Virus record (IMG/VR): IMGVR_UViG_2693429662_000008
From: a virus
Lineage: Duplodnaviria; Heunggongvirae; Uroviricota; Caudoviricetes
Length of the DNA: 40,489 nt
Strand: one strand, 5' to 3'
A model generated the notes under the pieces. That model searched no databases, was not told the DNA's origin, and saw nothing but the letters and a program-made list of their open reading frames with translations. Below are positions 25,767-34,883 of the stretch, one piece after another (positions within the stretch are counted from its first letter, which is position 1; every line of letters begins with the position of its first letter). The position numbers and the translations under genes are program-made.

Positions 25767-28007
25767 TTATATTTTCATTGCCAGTTCAGTTAAAACCGCA
25801 ACGCGATTGAGGATTTCTGTAGCTTTGGTCTGATGTTCCTTAGCTCTATCTTGATGCGATGGCGCTGCGGAAAATATTTCGCCTTTGGCCGTTCCGCGTA
25901 ACCATTTACCATCAAAACAACTTTTACCACCGACCATCAGGTGCAGGGCTTCGCCCCGGCTGATAACGATGCCAGTTGTCAGATGTATCTCGTCGATAAT
26001 TTTCGCTAAAACTGCGTTTTGCTCATTCGTTCCGTGAATGAATTTTCGCCGTATTTGTGGTTTTTGCTTCCTGAGTCGGTTTGTCAGCTCTCGTCTTTCA
26101 CGTCGACTCAAGGGTTTTGATAAATCGAGTTCCGGTGGATCGCTTTCGCTTCCCGTATAGTTATTGACAGAACTCCGAGAGGGCGCAGGAGCGCCCTTAA
26201 CGTCAACGGCCAAATCAACGGCACGCTTCGGCACAATTTTCCACTGCGTTAACCGGGTTAAAATCGGGGTGCCAGCGCCGACAGCAGAGTCGTAGACGCC
26301 ACGAATGCAGACGGTTTCCTCACCATACTGGTTAAACTCGGGGCGCGGCTCATACAGCGTGCGCACCTGTAAATCATCGCGACAGACAAACGGACCACCC
26401 TGCGCACTAACGTAACCAGCCCAGTCACCGGCGTCAGCGGCATCATGGACGGCAGCAAACTCAACGCTCAGACCGTGCGCGGTCTCGGTATCAGCGAGAC
26501 GACGTAATTCACGGTAGACCGTCACCGGCGCACCGCCGATAAACTGGAACTGACGGATGTGCCAGCGCGCCGCCCATGCTGATACGGCGGGGGCTGTCTC
26601 TTTCAGCAGCTCACCGCTTTCGTCATCGGTTTCACCATCAAGAGCATATCCGTCGATGTTTTTGGAAATGTATTTAGCGACATAGCCGGTAGCGCTGCCC
26701 TTTTCTGGGTCAATGGCTTCGGCATGAAAGCGCGCTTTTTTGGCTTTATCGCTTCTCAGTTCATGGCGGTCTTCCTCCCACGCATAATCACGGATGATGA
26801 GACGCACACTCTCGACGTCTTCCGGCAACATGAACATAAGCATGTGCCAGTGCGGCGTTCCGTCGTGATGAGGCTCAGCAACACGGATGCCGAAAATGCG
26901 GATTTCTTCCCGGTGTAGCTTGGCGCGTATGCGTGCCCAAAGACCGGTTAGATAGCTCTGCGTGTCCGAAGGGCTGGCACCGTTCCATTTGCTATTACGG
27001 TAGCCCGCTTTAGTCGTGGCGTGATATTTAGACGGTGCGGTTAAAGTGTAAAACTCACCGACATAACCGAGCTCATTGCAGATATTTTCAAACCCACGGA
27101 TGCGGGTCATCAGCTCGCAGCGACGTATTGCAGGGTTAGCAACCGAACCATCGTATTTTTCAATCAGACTGATGCGGTTGCCGTCTTCGTCTTCGAGCTC
27201 CAGTCCTTTAAGAAATTCGCGCGTGCGGCGTTTCTGCTCGCGCCAGTCAGTCACGCAGTTTTTACTCGCGTAGGCGTGCTTTTTCTTACTGACGTTGCCA
27301 ACAGCAATTTGTAGATGTTCGCGCCATGCAGACGCAATGCGACGTAAACGACCACGCCACCAAACCTCATTAAACATGCGCATTACTGCCGGTGCGATTT
27401 CATCCTCACCAAAATATTTTTTAGTCACACGCTCCCATTTCGGCGGTGTAACGTTGAATTGCAGGGAAATAAAACCGGCGCGCATGTACCAGGCGTACAG
27501 CGTTTTGAGTTCGCTAAATCCGGTGTCATCAATATCAGCCAGTTCAGCACGAATGAAATTAGCGATATCAGCGGCAAGCAGGTCAATATCAGCGCGCGAC
27601 ATATCCGGGAGGCGGTTAAATCTGGCGACCATATTGACCATGCGTGACGCCAGATATTGCATAAGCTGGGTATCAAAATGACCATCGAAAACAGAGGCTG
27701 ATACATTGCTGTTGATGCCCGAGCACTCATATTTTTTTGCGACGAGTTCAAGACGTGGCAATGCCTTTTTGCAGAAGCTGATTAAAAAGGCATTGGCTCG
27801 TTGACTGCCCTGATTTTGCTCCAGTACCGCAGCGGTACGATAAACATCAAAGCGCACACACTCTGGCTGGAGAGAAAGCACCGTTCTCGCATGCAGCAAA
27901 GCCGCGAACATACGGTCGCGGCGATGCTGTTGGTCATAGGTAAGATATGGGCTGGCTAATGCCGACCGTGGGGCATTCCACGGAAACGCGTAAACTACAC
28001 CCGTCAT
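25767..28007 (-). CDS. A: Replication initiation protein A (P2 gpA family rolling-circle endonuclease)
   Basis: 746 aa; size and position match P2 gpA. Confidence 0.9.
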   Translation of the reverse strand: MTGVVYAFPWNAPRSALASPYLTYDQQHRRDRMFAALLHARTVLSLQPECVRFDVYRTAAVLEQNQGSQRANAFLISFCKKALPRLELVAKKYECSGINSNVSASVFDGHFDTQLMQYLASRMVNMVARFNRLPDMSRADIDLLAADIANFIRAELADIDDTGFSELKTLYAWYMRAGFISLQFNVTPPKWERVTKKYFGEDEIAPAVMRMFNEVWWRGRLRRIASAWREHLQIAVGNVSKKKHAYASKNCVTDWREQKRRTREFLKGLELEDEDGNRISLIEKYDGSVANPAIRRCELMTRIRGFENICNELGYVGEFYTLTAPSKYHATTKAGYRNSKWNGASPSDTQSYLTGLWARIRAKLHREEIRIFGIRVAEPHHDGTPHWHMLMFMLPEDVESVRLIIRDYAWEEDRHELRSDKAKKARFHAEAIDPEKGSATGYVAKYISKNIDGYALDGETDDESGELLKETAPAVSAWAARWHIRQFQFIGGAPVTVYRELRRLADTETAHGLSVEFAAVHDAADAGDWAGYVSAQGGPFVCRDDLQVRTLYEPRPEFNQYGEETVCIRGVYDSAVGAGTPILTRLTQWKIVPKRAVDLAVDVKGAPAPSRSSVNNYTGSESDPPELDLSKPLSRRERRELTNRLRKQKPQIRRKFIHGTNEQNAVLAKIIDEIHLTTGIVISRGEALHLMVGGKSCFDGKWLRGTAKGEIFSAAPSHQDRAKEHQTKATEILNRVAVLTELAMKI

Positions 28008-28020
28008 TTATTCTTCCGTG

Positions 28021-28329
28021 TCAGTATGATGCACATAATAGCTCCCTCAGCTTTGCTGCAAGAATTTCAATAGCGTATTCATTAGGGAAGAGAGAGATTG
28101 AAAGAATTACCCAATTAGTTCCAAATTGGATGTAATCTCTTACTGGTAAAATATGAGTTATTTCGACCAGCACTACTTTTGAGGTGCATTCATTACGAAA
28201 CTCATTCAATAAAAGGTAATCACCACAACGGAAATTACGGTCATCTACTCGCAGTTCTGCTTTTTTTGTTCCATCGCATACTGCTTCGAAATGTTCAGTA
28301 GTTATCTTTAAACAATGAATAGTTCTCAT
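28021..28329 (-). CDS. Hypothetical early protein, DUF3850/ASCH-like
   Basis: From internal Met MRTIHCLKITTEHFEAVCDGTKKAELRVDDRNFRCGDYLLL, resembling the N-terminal pattern of DUF3850 proteins as I recall them. The ORF-track start at 28443 overlaps the upstream gene. Confidence 0.5.
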   Translation of the reverse strand: MRTIHCLKITTEHFEAVCDGTKKAELRVDDRNFRCGDYLLLNEFRNECTSKVVLVEITHILPVRDYIQFGTNWVILSISLFPNEYAIEILAAKLRELLCASY

Positions 28330-28553
28330 ACTGAACCTCCGATGTAATGTTTGCCTTTCAGTTCGGCAATCTCTTGACATGTGACACAGCACTGCACACC
28401 TGGAATTGCGCGGCGACGGGCTGACGGGATTGGCAGATCGCAATCAATACAGTGAAGCCGAGAAATACCCGTTTTTTTATTGCGAGCATTACTGATATGC
28501 CGTTCGCGGTCTTCCTGCTCACGTTGTTGTGCAAAATCCATTGCGTCGGCCAT
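28326..28553 (-). CDS. TraR/DksA-family C4 zinc-finger protein
   Basis: 75 aa with CIDC...CVTC (two CxxC pairs) near the C-terminus, typical of phage TraR-like proteins. Confidence 0.6.
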   Translation of the reverse strand: MADAMDFAQQREQEDRERHISNARNKKTGISRLHCIDCDLPIPSARRRAIPGVQCCVTCQEIAELKGKHYIGGSV

Positions 28554-28780
28554 TAGTGCAGCTCCTGTGATTCATTCTCAAAGCGGATGGCTTCACGGCG
28601 CAGTAGTTCGGCCGCTTCGGTACCGCTCATCCCCTCTTTGGTGATATGGATAGCCAGCGCCTCAAGACGGATTGAAACGGCGAGAGCACGGTCTTTACGC
28701 TCCTCTTTTTTTGCATCGGTCAGCAATACGGCCAGCGCTTCGGCATCAGCCTTTAAACTACGGGACTCGGTATTACGCAT
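28553..28780 (-). CDS. Hypothetical phage early protein
   Basis: 75-aa ORF in the early operon between cII and A, start coupled to neighbours; no recognisable motif. Confidence 0.45.
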   Translation of the reverse strand: MRNTESRSLKADAEALAVLLTDAKKEERKDRALAVSIRLEALAIHITKEGMSGTEAAELLRREAIRFENESQELH

Positions 28781-28849
28781 AATTAACTCTCCTGATTTCG
28801 GGCAATAAGAAGCCCGGCGGGTTTACGCCAAGTAATTACGTTTAATTAA

Positions 28850-29050
28850 TTAACTATATCCAAATACAACAGCAGGTTTGCTTTTTAACTGTTTGATGAT
28901 TTCGGCCTTTAATCCATCTTTAAATTCTTTGCAGCAATCCCACTCAGGGTCAACGCGAAGTATCGCGCCGTCACGGGTTTTAATTTCAAAACCTTCATCC
29001 ATATTTGGAATCATTGCACCTAAAACAATCCTTAATTCATCGCGTGACAT
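28850..29050 (-). CDS. Hypothetical phage early protein (position of 186 dhr)
   Basis: 66-aa ORF downstream of the fil-position gene; assignment by synteny only. Confidence 0.4.
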   Translation of the reverse strand: MSRDELRIVLGAMIPNMDEGFEIKTRDGAILRVDPEWDCCKEFKDGLKAEIIKQLKSKPAVVFGYS

Positions 29051-29264
29051 GTTTCACCCCTTTAATAACAAAGTGGACAATACGAATAATTAAAAAACCT
29101 GACGATTTTGGCGACTTTGTTTTCAGTCCTTTTAATAATTCGGACTGTGAGCTACTTGGATGCCAGCGCTTGCCGTTCTTACCTGCGATCCAGCCGTGGC
29201 CGTAATGCATGCCAGGGCTTTGCTTAACAAGCAGAGACGCGAATGACGGTTCACTTTTCAGCAT
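29037..29264 (-). CDS. Hypothetical phage early protein (position of 186 fil)
   Basis: 75-aa ORF immediately downstream of cII; assignment by synteny only. Confidence 0.4.
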   Translation of the reverse strand: MLKSEPSFASLLVKQSPGMHYGHGWIAGKNGKRWHPSSSQSELLKGLKTKSPKSSGFLIIRIVHFVIKGVKHVTR

Positions 29265-29271
29265 ACGTACC

Positions 29272-29781
29272 TCAAATCAGACCAAACGATGCGCCAATAC
29301 CGCTCATGGTATCGACCACGCTAGACATAGCAGGATTAGTCTGCAGACGCGCATGCAGCGCCAGAGCCGACAATGACAACATGCGAATACCAGAGTTAAC
29401 GCTTTCAATCATGTTGTGCTTACGGGCAGTGGTCAGACGCTCATCAGATACCGCACCGCTCGCCAGTTCGCCGAGTTCACGCATTGCGCGCATGACATAA
29501 GACTGCAATTTGTCTTTAGCCAACTCATTAACCGGTACGCATGGCAGGCAATGAATCTGCGCAAGAAAACCATCAACGAGGGTTGAGTCTTCTGTCAGGT
29601 CAGTCAGTAGCCACAATTCAGGCGGCGTAAACTGGTGAGGCTGTTCCGGGTTGAGCTTGTTGCGTAACGTCTGAACATTCATACCCGCGCGCTCGGCCAG
29701 CTTCGCCATATTGTGACGCTGCGCAAAAGCCCGGCACGCTTCGTCATAGTGGGGATGTTTGGAAATCTGAAAATCAAACAT
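29272..29781 (-). CDS. cII: CII-type lysogeny establishment activator (phage 186 CII homologue)
   Basis: 169 aa beginning MFDFQISKHPHYDEACRAFAQRHNMAKLAERAGMNVQTLRNKL (helix-turn-helix), matching 186 CII as I recall it; follows apl. Confidence 0.85.
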   Translation of the reverse strand: MFDFQISKHPHYDEACRAFAQRHNMAKLAERAGMNVQTLRNKLNPEQPHQFTPPELWLLTDLTEDSTLVDGFLAQIHCLPCVPVNELAKDKLQSYVMRAMRELGELASGAVSDERLTTARKHNMIESVNSGIRMLSLSALALHARLQTNPAMSSVVDTMSGIGASFGLI

Positions 29782-29811
29782 GTTGCATCCTTACAATTCA
29801 CATAAAGTGAA

Positions 29812-30075
29812 TTAAGCGCCGATGACGAGTTGAAAACGGGAATGACCCAACGCCTTACGCAACTGCTCTTCTTTCCAGCGGGCGTAATAAATACGAATTG
29901 GGCCACCTGCTTTCTTGCAGCCTTTACGTATGGTGCGGGGTTCAATTGGTACACAAGGGTTGTCGCCGGTTGTCCAGCGGTAAGCGGTGCGTTCAGAAAC
30001 ACCCTCAAGCTCTGCAAATTGTTGCAGAGTAACGATAGGTGCAGGCACTTTGATGATTGCGATTTCAGAAGCCAT
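29812..30075 (-). CDS. apl: Apl excisionase / lytic-promoter repressor (186 Apl, Cox analogue)
   Basis: 87 aa from the ATG at 30075 (MASEIAIIKVPAPIVTLQQFAELEGVSERTAYRW); first gene of the early lytic operon, divergent from cI. Confidence 0.85.
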   Translation of the reverse strand: MASEIAIIKVPAPIVTLQQFAELEGVSERTAYRWTTGDNPCVPIEPRTIRKGCKKAGGPIRIYYARWKEEQLRKALGHSRFQLVIGA

Positions 30076-30162
30076 GTTGCATGATTCCCATTTTGACAAT
30101 GTTTGTAATCAATGGCCTCTGTTTGCCAACTTCTGCCACTGATTGCCCGAATTAGCAACGAT

Positions 30163-30186
30163 ACTAATACTCGATTGAGTATTAGT
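30163..30186. promoter_or_regulatory. Perfect inverted repeat in the immunity switch, candidate CI operator overlapping the lytic promoter
   Basis: ACTAATACTC-GATT-GAGTATTAGT: 10-bp arms with perfect complementarity, 22 bp upstream of the cI start, in the 132-bp apl-cI intergenic region. Confidence 0.5.
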
Positions 30187-30207
30187 AAATACCCAAAGGA
30201 ATAAATT

Positions 30208-30783
30208 TTGATACTTGATACTCAGGTGAATAACGACGAGTTACTGGATAGAATCTGTCAAGTATATGGTTTTACTCAAAAAATCCAGCTAGCCCGGCAT
30301 TTCAATATTGCCGCCAGTTCCCTACAAAACCGCTACACGCGAGGCACTGTTTCTTATGATTTTGCCGTACAGTGCGCATTAGAAACCGGGGCAAGCCTAC
30401 TATGGCTTCTTACGGGGCAAGGCTCTCAATATGACGGCAAAAAGTCTCCAACGGATCCGAAAACGATAGACGCCTTCACTCTTAGTGATGGAAAGCTCGA
30501 AGAAAATTCACCATTGAGTATTGATGCTGGTTTCTTTAGTAAGCAAATGTCAAAAGGTATTGCTGTTCGCGCCGATGGAAAGCTGCACTTTATAGAACAA
30601 GATGCCTCACTTTCTGATGGCCTTTGGTTGGTTGATATTGAGGGGGCTACCAGCATCAGAGAATTGACGCTCCTACCCGGTAAAAAGTTACACGTTGCTG
30701 GCGGCAAAGTACCGTTTGAGTGCGGGATAGATGAGATAAAAACGATTGGCCGTGTAGTGGGTGTATACAGCGAGGTTAATTGA
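30208..30783 (+). CDS. cI: CI immunity repressor (186 CI type)
   Basis: 191 aa; helix-turn-helix region (QKIQLARHFNIAASSLQNRYTRG) and conserved C-terminal domain (LSDGLWLVDIEGATSIRELT...GRVVGVYSEVN). TTG start with AAAGGA 7 nt upstream; a GTG at 30226 is an alternative. Confidence 0.85.
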   Translation: MILDTQVNNDELLDRICQVYGFTQKIQLARHFNIAASSLQNRYTRGTVSYDFAVQCALETGASLLWLLTGQGSQYDGKKSPTDPKTIDAFTLSDGKLEENSPLSIDAGFFSKQMSKGIAVRADGKLHFIEQDASLSDGLWLVDIEGATSIRELTLLPGKKLHVAGGKVPFECGIDEIKTIGRVVGVYSEVN

Positions 30784-31787
30784 TGACTGTCCGTAAAAAT
30801 CCGGCTGGCGGTTGGATTTGTGAGCTCTACCCAAACGGTGCAAAAGGCAAACGTATCAGAAAGAAATTCGCTACTAAAGGCGAGGCGCTGGCGTTTGAGC
30901 AGTACACCGTTCAAAACCCGTGGCAGGAAGAAAAGGAAGACAGGCGCACGTTAAAAGAGTTGGTTGATTCATGGTATAGCGCTCATGGCATTACACTGAA
31001 AGACGGCTTGAAACGCCAGCTAGCCATGCACCATGCTTTTGAGTGTATGGGCGAACCACTTACACGCGATTTCGATGCGCAGATGTTTTCCCGCTACCGA
31101 GAAAAACGGTTAAAAGGCGAGTACGCCCGTTCAAACAGAGTGAAAGAGGTATCGCCTCGCACGCTTAATCTTGAGCTGGCCTACTTCCGGGCTGTGTTCA
31201 ATGAGCTAAACCGCCTCGGAGAATGGAAGGGTGAAAACCCACTGAAAAACATGCGCCCATTCCGCACAGAAGAAATGGAAATGGCCTGGCTGACTCACGA
31301 CCAGATTTCGCTACTGCTCGGAGAGTGTAAACGGCATGACCACCCTGATTTAGAAACTGTGGTAAGAATTTGTCTCGCCACTGGCGCACGGTGGTCTGAG
31401 GCCGAGAACCTGAGAAAAAGCCAGCTTGCGAAATACAAAATCACATACACCAACACGAAAGGCAGAAAAAACCGCACCGTTCCAATTAGCAAAGAGCTCT
31501 ATGATTCTCTGCCTGATGATAAAAAAGGCAGGTTGTTTAGTGATTGTTATGGCGCGTTCCGGTCTGCGCTGGAAAGAACAGGCATCGAATTACCGGCAGG
31601 GCAACTTACCCATGTTTTACGCCACACCTTCGCCAGTCACTTTATGATGAATGGTGGTAATATTCTGGTCTTGCAGCGCGTGCTCGGTCATACCGACATC
31701 AAAATGACAATGCGTTACGCACATTTCGCCCCAGACCATCTGGAGGATGCAGTAAGGCTAAACCCACTGAACAACAACAGAGATTAG
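30780..31787 (+). CDS. int: Tyrosine integrase (P2/186 integrase family)
   Basis: 335 aa; C-terminal catalytic motifs HVLRHTFASHFMMNGG and LGHTDIKMTMRYAHF (R/H-x-x-R...Y); start overlaps the cI stop. Confidence 0.9.
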   Translation: MMTVRKNPAGGWICELYPNGAKGKRIRKKFATKGEALAFEQYTVQNPWQEEKEDRRTLKELVDSWYSAHGITLKDGLKRQLAMHHAFECMGEPLTRDFDAQMFSRYREKRLKGEYARSNRVKEVSPRTLNLELAYFRAVFNELNRLGEWKGENPLKNMRPFRTEEMEMAWLTHDQISLLLGECKRHDHPDLETVVRICLATGARWSEAENLRKSQLAKYKITYTNTKGRKNRTVPISKELYDSLPDDKKGRLFSDCYGAFRSALERTGIELPAGQLTHVLRHTFASHFMMNGGNILVLQRVLGHTDIKMTMRYAHFAPDHLEDAVRLNPLNNNRD

Positions 31788-31797
31788 CCCCATTAAG

Positions 31798-33261
31798 TCA
31801 TTTGCCGAGCATCTCTCTTAAATCTTGAGCCCAATGCGTATCGTCAGATTGGATCGTTCCTTCAACATCAGTAAGCAGTTTTTGCTCAAGAATTGTCTCG
31901 GCATTTCGACTCTGGCTAAAGTATCTTACCGTTTCGGCAAAGTCCCAATTCTCATCTGCAAGCAGGCGCGGCTGGAAAGAATGACAGTAGATTGCAGCTA
32001 TATCTTTACCCATAAAGTCAAAATCAGAAATCAATTCGCAAATTTTCATATCACGTGCAAATTCGATCTGAGGGCCATGCAAGGTTTCATATCCAATATG
32101 AATTATTGTTGATTCTCCAATCGGAGCCTGCTTTACAGCCTGAACAAGTACCCTTTTTATATCTTTTGCCTTTTTATCGACAGACTCATCAGCGAGACAA
32201 ATCCATTTTGCGCAGAAAGGCATTTCTATCTCATCAATGAATACATTTATTGTACTAAGTTCATCATTGCTAAAAGTGCATAACTTTGCGTTGCAAACCA
32301 TTGTATAACTTCCAAACGGGTCATACTGGTCATCTAATAAGGAATTTAATTGAGGAGAAGGATATTTCACATGCCACTTTCTTAAGTGGTTATCCACCCG
32401 TTCCATATCAATTAAGTTAGCCTGAACCAAAATATCATCGCTCTCACATACTGCAATCTTACCTTTCACAAGATGATCAGAGCCGTAAATTTTTGCTACA
32501 GCACCGAGAAACACATCGATACGCGTTTTTACTATTTCAGTTTTGAAAATCACATCAAAAAAAACTGGCTTATGGTATCGAGTAATCAATGGTCGAGCCA
32601 TTTCCCACCGCTTCAACCACTCCGCCCTTTCTTCTTCTGAGTACTGAGTCACCTTTGCTAATCGCTTGCACTCAACATAAAAAATATCAGTGCCTTTAAC
32701 AACTTTGAGGTCTGGTGTTTTATGAGCTCCTGTTTCTGGAATGAACTCAACTTCCCAGCCATTTTTCAAATAGCAGATAGCCACAACCAACTCAAACAAA
32801 ATGGAATCAGGCTGGTTGATTGTCTTAACAAGCAAGTCATTTAATTTGGATTCAATACCTTTGACCTGCTTCAACTTTTCGCTATGTTCACCGATAACTG
32901 CGAAAAAATGCCAAATTCTTGACGACTGAGCTGGCTCATCTACTGTTGGGCGATCAGCCAAAGATTCAACTAAGTACAAATACCATGCAATCCAGTCATC
33001 ATAGAATGCCAGGCGTGCATCTTTCTCATGGAAAGAAACGTCAGATTTTCCTGTGAAAAGGCGCTCCGACATTTCGCGGAAGTAAGCCAAAACCGCCCCA
33101 CGACGCTCAACCCATTTATCTTCACCCATTACATCAATAAACCAACGGTATGCTGTTTTTATCTCTTTGACTAATGGTGCATCATGTCTATGATTGAAGC
33201 GTTCAAAAAATGCAGCATACTCATCTTCAACACTCTGATTTTTGGTATTTTTTTCACCCAT
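31798..33261 (-). CDS. Cargo gene: large protein with a PD-(D/E)xK nuclease motif, candidate defence/abortive-infection nuclease
   Basis: 487 aa from the ATG at 33261 (AGGTGGA upstream; the ORF-track start at 33294 is an alternative). Motif FELVVAICYLKNGWEVEF...TPDLKVVKGTDIFYVECKRL fits the E...PD...(D/E)xK pattern. No P-loop seen. AT-rich; lies between int and the distal att core, convergent with int. Confidence 0.75.
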   Translation of the reverse strand: MGEKNTKNQSVEDEYAAFFERFNHRHDAPLVKEIKTAYRWFIDVMGEDKWVERRGAVLAYFREMSERLFTGKSDVSFHEKDARLAFYDDWIAWYLYLVESLADRPTVDEPAQSSRIWHFFAVIGEHSEKLKQVKGIESKLNDLLVKTINQPDSILFELVVAICYLKNGWEVEFIPETGAHKTPDLKVVKGTDIFYVECKRLAKVTQYSEEERAEWLKRWEMARPLITRYHKPVFFDVIFKTEIVKTRIDVFLGAVAKIYGSDHLVKGKIAVCESDDILVQANLIDMERVDNHLRKWHVKYPSPQLNSLLDDQYDPFGSYTMVCNAKLCTFSNDELSTINVFIDEIEMPFCAKWICLADESVDKKAKDIKRVLVQAVKQAPIGESTIIHIGYETLHGPQIEFARDMKICELISDFDFMGKDIAAIYCHSFQPRLLADENWDFAETVRYFSQSRNAETILEQKLLTDVEGTIQSDDTHWAQDLREMLGK

Positions 33262-33505
33262 CGTGATTCCACCTAGCTTATGCGGTTTATGCATTCAAGA
33301 TTAACTAACTTGCATGTTATCATTTTTGATATCAGGCAAGTGTTAGTCACGCTATAAAGGCTAGGTTGCCGTTTAAAGGCAATATGATAAGTGGCGATAA
33401 AGTGGCGGTAGAAATGGCTGATAATGTCTAATCACTGGCAAACGCTGGCCATTTATGTCAATGATAAATAAAGCAAACTATTGATTTTCGGTTGTTCAGG
33501 TAGGA

Positions 33506-33554
33506 ACTCATAATCGCTTGGTCGCTGGTTCAAGTCCAGCAAGGGCCACCAAAT
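33506..33554. repeat. Prophage attachment core (distal copy, partial tRNA 3' end)
   Basis: Direct repeat of 1605-1653 with one mismatch; sequence upstream of it is unrelated to the tRNA 5' half, so this is a partial tRNA duplicate typical of integration into a tRNA gene. Confidence 0.85.
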
Positions 33555-34301
33555 CATTATTTACGTATCAGGAAGAGTTAAGGGTACAAGGGGTACTCGA
33601 TGGCGGTCTATATTTCATGACTAACGCCATTTCAAGGAAGAAGTGCGGTGGGTGGTTTCGAATGAGGGCTGGTGTTTTGGTACGTGGCACGCCACTGCAA
33701 TGTATTTATCCATCAGTACTCATTCAAAAGTACCTGGAAAAAATGCCTGCTATGCCAAGCGGGCAAATTGCTTACATGTGGAATTAAGTAATTAACGATA
33801 AAGCCAGAGTATTATCATTTATTATACCCCTTCATTTAATCAGGTTAATTACTCAAATCACTGAACTATTCTCTGTTCGCTCACTGATGATAAGTGAGTA
33901 CCACAACCAATGTATGTAGAACAATGCCGTAGAGTAAGGATGAAATGTCTCTGCCACGCCTTAAACATCTACTACTGACCAGAACACCCGCCGCAGGCAG
34001 ATGAGTTTTGTGAGCGTTACAGGAGCGTGGCTATGCTCATTAACCAACGCTATTGAGATATAAATTTCTAACACTTGAAAAACGATTTTCACTAATAAAT
34101 TATAACGGTTTTTTTTATCATACAGCGAAATAACCTTTTGTTTATTAAATTTAACATTCCTGTGCTAATTTAATTAAAAGTTCCATGCGTAGCAAGTGAA
34201 GCAGTTAATGTCAGTAATTGTCTCAAATGAGCGTTTTTTTATAGTGACAAACAGTAATAACATTAAAAATAGCCATGTAGACATTAATTGAGGAATAGAC
34301 A

Positions 34302-34784
34302 ATGTTAGTTAGTAAAAGCAACGGATTTAACGCTAGCGCAGTTTTGGGTAGTGGAAGTTATAATGAAAATAAATCTTCTAAACACATGGAGCTACTAGCT
34401 CATAGTATTTTAAAATTAATTTGTAAGGAAGCTGCATCAGAGACGTATCGCGGTGCTCTTGAAACTTTACAAAAAATGATGTCTGAATGTATATATCAAG
34501 AAGGCAACGCCTTTGTCATTATGGGAGCTGGAGAACAATTAAAACGTATTAAATATGAAGTTGGTGAAAATAACTTAAAGGTATTCAACGTACACTTTAA
34601 TAATAATCACGAGTTAGTTAGTTCTGGTGAGCCTGACGTAATATGTTTAAGCAAGCAGGTCTGGGAAAATCTTCTCATTAAACTAAAGCTGGAAAACAAT
34701 GAAAATGTGTTTTCTGAAACTAAAAAATTATCGAATAAAAATAATGCCGATCAGTTTTTTGAATGCGCTAAAAGAAATGAATAG
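34302..34784 (+). CDS. Hypothetical protein, AT-rich islet
   Basis: 160-aa ORF in a strongly AT-rich region outside the prophage; no recognisable motif. May correspond to the ypjC-like gene of the K-12 ileY neighbourhood (memory only). Confidence 0.45.
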   Translation: MLVSKSNGFNASAVLGSGSYNENKSSKHMELLAHSILKLICKEAASETYRGALETLQKMMSECIYQEGNAFVIMGAGEQLKRIKYEVGENNLKVFNVHFNNNHELVSSGEPDVICLSKQVWENLLIKLKLENNENVFSETKKLSNKNNADQFFECAKRNE

Positions 34785-34883
34785 AACCTTTTCGATAATA
34801 TAAGAAAAAGTGATTTTCATGTTGGTTTACTTAAGCCAAGTAGTACGCGTAGTGTTATTTTAGAAACGCCGCCAAATGTCTGT

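Larger units (their letters stand above)
1605..33554. mobile_element. P2-family (186-like) prophage, about 32 kb, integrated in the tRNA 3' end
   Basis: Bounded by the 49 bp direct repeats. Contains a complete P2-order morphogenetic gene set, lysis cassette, terminase and portal, replication gene A, the CII/Apl/CI immunity module and a tyrosine integrase. Confidence 0.9.

Noticed and set aside
29679-30158. Minus-strand ORF (159 aa) spanning apl and the cII start
   Set aside because: Alternative frame overlapping two genes whose products match 186 Apl and CII.
33518-33787. Plus-strand ORF (89 aa) beginning inside the distal att repeat
   Set aside because: Starts within the duplicated tRNA 3' end and runs into noncoding AT-rich DNA.
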